Assembly: GCA_963726895.1 (NCBI GenBank)
Contig: CAVSED010000026.1
Location: forward strand, 128-64,127
DNA length: 64,000 bases
Direction of reading: 5' to 3'
Origin: an uncultured Chitinophagaceae bacterium
Lineage (GTDB): Bacteria; Bacteroidota; Bacteroidia; Chitinophagales; Chitinophagaceae
Shown: positions 20,487 to 29,222 of the stretch, in pieces
Numbering within the stretch: position 1 is the first letter of the stretch
How the letters are laid out: the number at the start of each line of letters is the position of its first letter
The notes under the pieces: model-generated
What the model saw: the letters and a program-made list of their open reading frames with translations, nothing else
What the model was told of the DNA's origin: nothing
Databases searched by the model: none
Translations under genes and position numbers: made by a program

Positions 20487-20515
20487 AAAAGCCCGGTTAT
20501 CACCGGGCTTTTTTT
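20487..20515 (+). terminator. Rho-independent terminator
   Basis: AAAAGCCCGGT-TATC-ACCGGGCTTTTTTT. Confidence 0.85.
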
Positions 20516-20734
20516 ATCTTCTACAATTTTGGTTGGTATGTATGCAGTGTAAAATTCTCGTAGACGAAACGGCATTCAGCAACTATTTAATAGCGGTTAG
20601 TTGCAGCTGATGGTAAGCGATCCGTGACAATATTACATCCGGCGAGTTCTTCACCTTCTATTGACAGGCGCATTCCGCAATTAACAGCAATCATCCTGTA
20701 AATCGATGCGTCGTGCGGAGCACCTCGATTAATG

Positions 20735-21496
20735 ATTTTTGGGTACCAGGCGGTTGTACGCATATATAGCTCCGGTTGCGTCGCACTCTTCAGCGGTATC
20801 GCTTTGAGGAACAGGAAACATCTTGAATAACGCGGAAATGGTCTGAACTATGATTTATAAGAATATGTCCTGCTGGGGTCTCCTTGCATTGCCTTGTACA
20901 TCTTCGTATTAATACCTAAAGTTGTACTAAGAACAACATTTATCCTTCAGTTCTAGGTGCCCAGCGAAATTGACTGAACCAGGATTTATAGGATTAGATG
21001 ATTGCCTTGATTTTTTATGTTCAACCGGGGGTCTCTTAACAAGGTTTTTTGCAGAGCCAGGGGCAGAGGCATTACAGCATAAAGTTGTTCAATGAATACA
21101 ATTTATCCTTCAGTTCGAAATGCCTGCGTAATAATTCGAACAATGTAAAAAACTGGAATGATTTGGTACCGGACATAAGTGCAATTATTTGGCTCCTGTT
21201 GCGTCGCACTCGTGTACAGCATATCATTGCGGAGCAAACTGATTATGTAATAATGGGGGTTTCATTGCAAAGCCAAGTGATCTCGTCCTTGCTGGGGTCT
21301 CCTTTCATAGTCTCGTGTATAGCTAAGGGACCCCGGCATTACAAGGCAGTTGTCTGAACCATGATTTATAGGATTAGAGGATTGCCTTGATTGTCACAAA
21401 TGAGGTTGTTCTGAAAACAACACTTAATTCAAAGTTCGAGGTGCCCTGCGAAATTGTCTGAACTATGATTTATAGGATTACAGGATTGCCTTGATT
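20735..21496 (+). repeat. Composite repeat scaffold copy 2 (two bipartite type A copies at 20735-20812 and 21162-21218; four CTGAAC..GATTTATA modules)
   Basis: Modules near 20840, 20970, 21350, 21452; GTTGT.CT.A.AACAAC palindromes at 20921 and 21405. Confidence 0.85.
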
Positions 21497-21729
21497 TTTA
21501 TGTTTTGCCGGGAAACACCTCGAACAATGGGTGCAACCAGGTATATTGTTTGCGGGAACAACCTGCAACGGCTGTTTTGTGGATAGTGGTTGAATGTAAT
21601 TTTATCCATTCGCTAAAGAAACGCTCCCATATTCAAACATCCAAGCCCACGCTTCAGTTGCAGGTCATAACTTGTCCCGTTCACGGGAAGACCATGCAAC
21701 GGCGCGGCTGCGGCAACGGCAGCAACGGC
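21484..21729 (+). repeat. ~245-bp non-coding direct repeat, copy 2
   Basis: Aligns with 17601-17847. Confidence 0.9.
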
Positions 21730-21822
21730 GGAAACACCATATCATGATCAACCAACTACCCGTGCGATCACTTACAACCGAGGCTACATTATTAGTGCTC
21801 CGCAGACGTCGAAGCATTGGTT

Positions 21823-23360
21823 GTTAACGGCAAATTTATTTTTTTAGGTCAAGTTTGTTTCGTTGGCAGAAAATGATTTTAGGATCTTTTATTTTGTAAA
21901 CAGCGTTTCCTCTTTCTTGTCTAACATTTTCAATCAAACCAATTTTTTCCATTCCGACAACATAATTATTTGTGGAGCTACCTGTTCCTGCTTTCTCATT
22001 AAGCTGATTTTTTGAAAATTCTATCGTTTCCAATTTTAAAAGATGTGCGGCAAAAGAATAAATATCCATAGAATTTGCTCGAGCATTTGATTTCCTTGGG
22101 TAATATTCAAAGTAGTTAAAGTCGAGAACGAACTTGGTTAATGCTTGATTAAGTATCTCGACATTGAATTTATTTACATTGGGGTCATGTCTATATTGCT
22201 CCTCAAATAATATTTTGAAAATATGGATTAAATCACGCGGATTAGAATTTGCAAGCTCAAAAACTTTATCAAACTCTGAAGGAGTTACCGTCGTATTAAA
22301 AAAAGATTTATAATTCGTTACTTTTTTTTCCGAATATACTTCTAATCTTTTGTTTAAAAGGCGTTCCAAGTCGTTTTCTGACCATCTTAATGAAGGACAA
22401 TAATATTTTTGCGTCCGCACTAAATCTTCTATAAACCGAAATGGAGTTGACCATATAAAAAATACCAATTCAAACTCACTTATACTTAATAAATTTCCGT
22501 CTGTTAAAAAAGGAGTTATAAATCCTGAAATAACTTCAGCATCATTTTCAAATCTGGGGTCTTCGTCTAATCTGTCTAGAGAATCACCGGCTTTTTGTAG
22601 CCCATTTTATTTGATATGTCGCCAATCTTCTTTAACAATCGAAAAGAAATTTCCTGATTAAAAAAATTACTGTCGACATTAAGTTTGAGTTCTGGAAAAA
22701 ATTCTTGTATTTGGTTTTCATTTTCTATAGGAGGCAATAAGGAATAATGTTTCAATAAATACTGATAAACAACATTTTTTGGCCTACTGTGCCCCCAAAG
22801 TTAAGTGGACCTCTTATTACATTGTAAACCCAGTTCGCAGACCTAGTCCAAAAAGGAGTTTGGATTTTTGAAATCTTATCCTTTAGTAGGTTTTGTGATA
22901 CTGGTGGAAGAAATTCGGAAAGGAGATAGGAAAGAAGGGTTTTGTCTTCTTTATTTAACTTAAAAAGCTTAAGTGAATTTTTACCAATTTTTGTAAACAA
23001 GTCGACCAGGAAATTTGATATTAATAATGTGTAAATTTCTTTTGAATTCGTAGTTTTGCTTAGTTCTCCATAATCATGAATTATTGTTAACAGTCTTTTG
23101 TTATCTGAAAGATACCTTTTAAAATCTTCTAGTATGGCGGTTTTGCCGCTTCCACGTTCACCCAACAGAATTATATTTCTGCCCGCTTTGAACGTGTCAA
23201 TTATTGGGTCATACTCACCTTGCGAAACAAATATCTTTTTTGCTATCTCGATCTCATGCTCGGTAGTAAAAGTGTTGAAGGGAAAATCATTCAAACTAAA
23301 TCCTCGATAAAATTCTTTAAATGTTTTATTCATATGGTGTTTAATAAATTTGCTGTTAAC
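21823..23360 (-). mobile_element. Putative gene cassette bounded by 18-bp inverted repeats
   Basis: GTTAACGGCAAATTTATT (21823-21840) and AATAAATTTGCTGTTAAC (23343-23360), 17/18 complementary. Confidence 0.55.
21836..23333 (-). CDS. P-loop ATPase (possibly Sll1717/FunZ-like) with probable C-terminal winged helix; frameshifted around 22590-22770
   Basis: Walker A GERGSGKT, Walker B-like DRLDED near 22570, NPRDL motif; start MNKTF at 23333; AT-rich. Confidence 0.75.
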
Positions 23361-23552
23361 GAACAGAGCTTGGCATTGTTTGGATATTCGCAAAACTTCT
23401 GCCGATAAATAATGCACAAGATTTTTGTAAAGGTTGAGATTATGAACTAAAGCTAGTTTTATCAACATAAAGCGGAAACTGCAGATGACAACGAACTACA
23501 ACATAAAAAAATAAGTTCTTGTCCATAAATACACACACTTTGATAGCTGCAG

Positions 23553-24343
23553 CTAACTCCCGCTTTGAGTTTGATGTTCTATTTCCTCTTTGGTAACTTT
23601 TACAAATTCAAAATATTCTGTATCCTTTATGTACTTGTACAAGTACCATTCAAATAGCTCTCTTTGTTCTTTGAGCATACCTCTAATTGCTAAAGCTGTT
23701 TCATAATTTTGAATACCTGTGACTAGTATTTGCCTGATTATCCTGTTAGGAAAATTCATTGCAAGAAGTGCGGCATATCGCAGCACTTGTTCTACGGCTG
23801 ACTTGCCACCGCCATAATTTTTTAATTCAAGAACAACAATGTCTTCATTTTCACAATCACCTTTAAAATCCATTCTATCCTTACTGCCATTTGGGCTATG
23901 TTGCCGCAGAACGGTATTTATATTGAGTTTTTTAAAAAGTTTATTCTTGTCCACATAGTCCTCTAAATCTTTCTCTTTGGTAAAGAGATCTCCTAATTGT
24001 CTCACCGGATAGTTGTATATTCTTATAGTGCTTTCTAATCTTAATTCGTTAGAATACTCCGGCAGCGTATAAAGCCCTTTTGCCTGTAGTTGCTCTTTAA
24101 TTAAAATGGAATTTTTTGTGGTTCTTCTTGCCTACACTGAAGCTTTCGAGTAGTGAGGAAACCTTGATGGTTCTATATCCATTTTTCTCGAATGTCTTTA
24201 CCGACAGTTTCAAAAAATAAAGCTAATCGTGATGCTGGCGTATGCTTAGTCTTTTTTACTGGTTGAGTTTTGTCAGTACTTATTACTTCCTTTTCATCAA
24301 TTTCTTCCCAAAGCCCCTTTCCAACATACTTTAAAACTTTCAT
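23553..24343 (-). CDS. NucS-like PD-(D/E)xK endonuclease domain protein; frameshift near 24130
   Basis: KEKDLEDY...RMDF...VVLELK...AVEQVLRY; manual upstream extension to MKVLKYVGKGLWEE at 24343. Confidence 0.75.
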
Positions 24344-24582
24344 GATTGTTTGAGTTGTTTCTTAATTGAATTGTTTATCGAAAAACAATGTACAAAAACT
24401 GTCAAAAATTGAAAGAAAAACTTTTGTATGATTAGTATTAGGGTTAGCCGCTTACTTTTTTTTATTTAAAATTTTTTCTACAAATAGTCAAAATTTTAAA
24501 ATCATTATTTCATTCAGTAGCAATAAGTAAAATTCCGATCTCACCATTCTCCTATCCTCGCCCAATCTGTGACATACTGCCC

Positions 24583-24660
24583 AAACGGAGCCCCGCTGTA
24601 TGGCGGGGTAGACTGTCGCAACAAAAGCCGCATCAATGAGATACTGCTGGCCTCCAAAAA
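24583..24660 (-). repeat. Bipartite repeat type B with 23-nt hairpin insert (24592-24614)
   Basis: AACGGAGC[CCCGCTGTATGGCGGGGTAGACT]GTCGCAAC. Confidence 0.85.
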
Positions 24661-24672
24661 AAAGGAAAAAGA

Positions 24673-24858
24673 AAGTTTAAGTTTTAAGTTCTAAGTTTTA
24701 AGTTTTAGGTTCCACCTTCTACCTTCTACCTTCTACCTTCCACCTTCTACCTTCCACCTTCTGCCTTCCACCTTCTACCTTCCACCTTCTACCTTCCACC
24801 TTCTACCTTCCACCTTCTACCTTCCACCTTCTACCTTCCACCTTCCGCCTTCCTCCCC
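24673..24858. repeat. Heptamer tandem tract: ~5x AAGTTTT then ~21x TTC(C/T)ACC
   Basis: Directly visible; abuts the stop codon at 24859. Confidence 0.95.
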
Positions 24859-27548
24859 TCACATCTTTATCACCCTTACATAGTCTATCATTGCCTGGTT
24901 GATGTCGCCGTTCATGTTTTGGTTGTGGGGTTCATACACCAATTGCAGGTTGTGCATGCCTTTGGTGAGGTGGGCATGTATGGGGTTGGTATAGCCCCAG
25001 TTGCTCCACTCCTCTTTGCCGCGCTGTGGCAGCACTACGGTGCCCAGGGTTTTGTCACCCTCCATCAGGGTGCGGATGGCGCATTTGTTCTCGGTATTGG
25101 TGGGGCCGTTGCCATTGGCATAGCGGAAGCTGATGGTGTAGTCGCCCTCCTGCTCCACCTTCACGGGCAGGGTAAGGCTGGTGTTCACGGTGGTGCTCAC
25201 CTCCACAAAACCATCGCCGGTATAGCCCTGGTAGTTGCGGGTGGCAGGTGTGGCATACTTCTCAGCCTGCACGGTGGTTATGAGCTTGTCAGCAGCGGCG
25301 ATCACGGGTTCGCTGGCAAAGGAGCGCACGCCTTTTTCATCTATCGCCTGCACCTGGTACTCGCCAAAAACGCTGTTGATAACGGGGTGGCTGGTCAGGG
25401 TGGTCTTTAGTAGCTCGCTTCCATTTTTTAGCAGCGCATAGCTAACAGCGCCAGCTACAGGGCTCCAACTAAGCTGCCCATTGGTATAGGTGAGCGTGGG
25501 CGCAGCAAGGGTGGTATAGTTGTCTACTGTGTTGATGCCCACGTGCGGTATCTTTTTATTGTCGAGTACAATGTGCAGGGTGTGGTGCCCGGTGAGGCTG
25601 CTGCTGATCTCAGACATCGCCGGGTTGCCATCGAGCGTGAAGGACTGTATGCCGTTGCCATATCCGTCCATCTCTATGTCCAGAACGGCATTGCGGTATT
25701 TAAAGTTTTTGAGACTGCGATGCCCACGCAGGGCATATGGCACAAAGGGCTTGAAGACAAGACGATCGGGTGTAAACTGAATACCGAAAAGCAGCTTGTG
25801 TACAAGGGCTAAACTGCCCGACAGGCTCCAGAGCATATTGCTGCTGTTGATCTGGGTGCCGGCAAAATCGCCGTTACTGGCTACAAAGTTTTCTTTGTTG
25901 GTGACCCACAGCGCAGCCGGGCGATAGATGGCAGCAATGCTTTCCATCACCGCCTCTTCATTGCCCGCTTTGGCCGCTGCCAGCGCATAGTACGACTGCA
26001 CAAACGGCCATACGGCGTTGTTGTGGTAGGGCGGTATGTTGGGTATCTGCGGATAGATGCATGGGATGCCAAAGTCCATAACCGGGATATGGCTGATAAT
26101 CTGCGCTTGTCTTTCGCTACCGGCAATGTCAAACAATACGCACAGCGCCTCGCCCAGTGCCTCGGCACGCGGCGAGAGTATCTTATAGTTTCTGCCATAG
26201 AGGTACTGACCATAGTAGCCTTTTGCGGGCTGCCACAAATGTTTGTTGATGGCTTCCTTTATGGTCTGTGCATGTTGGGTATAGTTGGCTTCTGCTTTGG
26301 TTTTGCCGAGCAGTTTTGCCATGGTTGCCAGCACCACATTTGCCTGGTAGTGCACGGCATTGGTGCCCAGGCATTCTGATTCATAGATGTCAACCGGCTG
26401 CATCCATTTAGGGTAGGTTTGCTCGCGCCAGTCCAGGAACGAGGACTCACCTTTTACCAGTCCGGTGGTTTTATCGTAGGCATTTTTTACATCGTCGTCC
26501 ACCGAGTTTTTAATGATGTCGAAGGCTTGCTGCAGCCAGTCTTTGTCGCCGGTCACTTTGTACAGTTCCCAGGCGGCGGTTGCCCATATCATACGGTCGG
26601 TGCTGGCGGGGTAGGCGCCGCCGGTGCCGGTGTCCTGTATTATTCTGCCGTTCTTTACTTTGCGCAGCAGGCTGTTTTTAGCTACCTGTGGTTGCAGGTG
26701 CGCCATAGACAGTATGATGCTGTAGCTGATGTCGCGCGTCCACACACCTGCCCATTCTTTACCGGTTCCGAAAGGTGCTGTCGGGCTCTACGGCATTGAT
26801 CATTTCTGCACAGGGCCAGGTTGTACAGCGCATCGCTGATCGGGTAGTCAGAATGGTATTGCGGAAAGGCGGAAATGTCTTTTGACAGCGTCCACGTGGC
26901 GTCGGTTTGTTTTTCATTTTTCTGGTCGTTGAGCGTAAGTGTGGTCTCGTAGATGCCGTCGTTGTTATCATCGTGCAGTTGCAGTTCGGGGTGGTTCACC
27001 AGGTTATCAAAGTCCCAGATCAGCGGCGGGGTATTGCCAGCTACATACACTCCTTTAAAGTCTTGCTTGTAGATCTTGTTGCCATTGAAGGTGGTGTAGA
27101 AACCATCTTTGTCAAAGGCGGCAAGCACATCCCGCATATCGAGTTGCAGGTGAAACTGCGTTTGCGGATGCAGGTAGGTATTGTCGGGCGCGGCGCGGTT
27201 GTCTTTGTATTGCTGACCAAATTTTAGCAGTGGTGTTTTGCAGGCGCCGTCGGCCGACATACAGGTAAAGTGATGATCGGTGCCCGAGGTCATCTCGTTG
27301 TCTTTGCCATTGATGCTGAATTTGAAAGTGATCTCCGGGCTTACAAATTCATTTGCCGGGCTTTTATAGTTCGACGAAAGCTGCGTGGCAGACAGCGCCT
27401 TGCCGGTAAATTGGTGCTGCACCACACTGTCTTTGTACAGCGCAAAGGCTTTGTTGCTCCAGAGTTCGCTGGTATTGTCTTGTGCATTCACGGCTGGTGC
27501 GGTTAGGGTGATTGCCAGTAAAACCAGCAAAAAATAGCGTATGTGCAT
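24859..27548 (-). CDS. Secreted (alpha/alpha)6 glycoside hydrolase (MGH1/amylo-alpha-1,6-glucosidase-like) with C-terminal CBM; frameshifts near 26770-26820
   Basis: WTRDISYS, DTGTGGAYPASTDR, GESSFLDWREQTYP, YHNNAVWPF, FRYANG; start MHIRYF. Confidence 0.82.
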
Positions 27549-27640
27549 GTGTATAGAGTTGCTATGACAAGTAAGAATAGACTCATGCAAAGTACAATAA
27601 AACTGTTCCATGGTGGGTGCGGGGAGAACAGGGTTTGCTG

Positions 27641-27985
27641 TTTTTTGGAGACCAGCAGAAGAAGGATTTAAGAGGCATTGTTGCGACGCTCCGTTCAACG
27701 GAAGAGCATTGTTGATTCTTGAGCCACAAAGACGCAAAGACAGGAAGGGGCGCAAAAGAAGCAAAATGTTAGATGGTTGAATTGTTGATTCTTGAGCCAC
27801 AAAGACGCAAAGACAGGAAGGTCCGCAAAGGAAGCAAATTGTCAGATGGTTGAATTGTTGTTTTTTGAGCCACAAAGACGCAAAGGCAGGAAGGAGCGCA
27901 AAGGGTTGTTGTCATTCCGACGCAGGAGGAATCTCATACCCGAGTTTTGAGCCACAAAGACGCAAAGACACTGAGTTGCACAAGG
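27641..27985 (+). repeat. Bipartite type B repeat followed by four GAGCCACAAAGACGCAAAG units (spacing 73, 73, 82 bp)
   Basis: Units start at 27721, 27794, 27867, 27949; the last interval contains GTCATTCCGACGCAGGAGGAATCT. Confidence 0.9.
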
Positions 27986-28119
27986 GTTAAAATGTGAATC
28001 GACCAATGGCTACACTGTCAAGAAAGTATATGTTATTTGCAAAACGGAATCATTTGCTTCGTACAGAGAAACACAAGTTTTAAGTTCACAGTAGTGCAAA
28101 AGCTGCATTAGGGAACAAT

Positions 28120-28450
28120 GAAAGGAACGCGGGGTCTTCGTTCCTTTCCTGAATTTTCCTGCCAGCCGGCAGGCAGGTTTGCGGTACTTTCTTTGTTTCG
28201 AGCCAAAGAAAGTAGCAAAGCCAAAAGTTAGAACGACCTGGTAATACAGAAGAGCCCTGTTGTTCCAGGTGTTGCGCCGTCGTTGGCGTCCTCGCCAGCA
28301 GGCATCTCCCTGCATCTCTAATCGCGGGTGATCTCACCGCTTTATTTTTTCGCAAGGATAAAATAAATGGTTTTATATTTTGGAGAATATTGGTACACAA
28401 GTAAAAGAGTGCGACGCAACGATGTTGCCATGAAAAGCCGGAGCCGAATA
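28120..28450. repeat. Hairpin-rich repeat cluster including a third CCTGCC..GGCAGG 20-mer and a type A bipartite copy (28401-28450)
   Basis: GAAAGGAACG/CGTTCCTTTC; CCTGCCAGCCGGCAGGCAGG; TACTTTCTTTG/CAAAGAAAGTA; GAGTGCGACGCAAC. Confidence 0.7.
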
Positions 28451-28502
28451 CATAATAAGTTAAACTTCAAATTAGCTTTTACCGGTTTATACGTACAAAA
28501 AC

Positions 28503-28550
28503 CACCTAAGAAAACTTATAAGTAAAAAACTTCTGCTGATGCTAATTTTG
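28503..28550 (+). promoter_or_regulatory. Promoter (-7 TAATTTTG) and palindromic operator ACTTATAAGT
   Basis: -7 box 28543-28550 lies 5 nt before the ATG. Confidence 0.5.
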
Positions 28551-28555
28551 TAAAT

Positions 28556-29173
28556 ATGATTCACGTGAGCATTGCTGAAGATCTGCCTGAAATAAGAAAG
28601 GCGCTCGAACATTTGATACAATCGCAAAAAGACATGTTGTTGCTTTCTTCGTCAGAAACAGGCGAAGATGCCGCTACATCCATTGTGAAAGCTCAGCCCG
28701 ATATTGCTGTTCTGGATATTAATATGCCAGGCATTAATGGCATTGAATGCATAGAGAAAATAAAAAACGATTGCCCAGGCACACAATTCATGATATTTAC
28801 TATTTATGAAAACGATGAAAAGATTTTTGACGCTTTAGCAGCGGGTGCAAGCAGCTATATGCTTAAAAAAACGCCGCCCGACAAAATGATCGAAGCCATT
28901 TATGAATTAAACAATGGCGGTAGCCCTATGAGTAATATGGTTGCAAGAAAAGTAATCAATTATTTTGCGCATTTCCATAATTCTGCGTTAAGTGGCTTAA
29001 CCAATAAAGAAAATGAAATACTTCTTTTGCTGTCCAAAGGTTTTTTGTATAAAGAAATTGCGGCTAAACTTTTAATAACTGTTGGCACAGTTACGCAACA
29101 TATACACAACATCTACGACAAGCTACATGTTACCAATAAAACAGAAGCCATTAATAAATTAAACAGGCACTAA
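28556..29173 (+). CDS. NarL/LuxR-family response regulator
   Basis: Receiver LDINMPG; HTH LTNKENEILLLLSKGFLYKEIA. Confidence 0.95.
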   Translation: MIHVSIAEDLPEIRKALEHLIQSQKDMLLLSSSETGEDAATSIVKAQPDIAVLDINMPGINGIECIEKIKNDCPGTQFMIFTIYENDEKIFDALAAGASSYMLKKTPPDKMIEAIYELNNGGSPMSNMVARKVINYFAHFHNSALSGLTNKENEILLLLSKGFLYKEIAAKLLITVGTVTQHIHNIYDKLHVTNKTEAINKLNRH

Positions 29174-29222
29174 TTTTCCTTACAGCAGTCTTCAAATAAA
29201 ACATTAGATTTCGTTTACAAAA

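Noticed and set aside
20836-21496. CRISPR-like recurrence of CTGAAC..GATTTATA units
   Set aside because: Spacing is irregular, copies are degenerate and interleaved with other repeat modules.
23334-23468. N-terminal extension of the ATPase ORF; likewise 6839-7072 of fdhD
   Set aside because: These run through repeat or spacer DNA; downstream ATGs give more plausible starts.
27711-27985. CRISPR array
   Set aside because: Intervals resemble each other rather than being unique spacers, units recur in other repeat clusters, and no cas genes are present.
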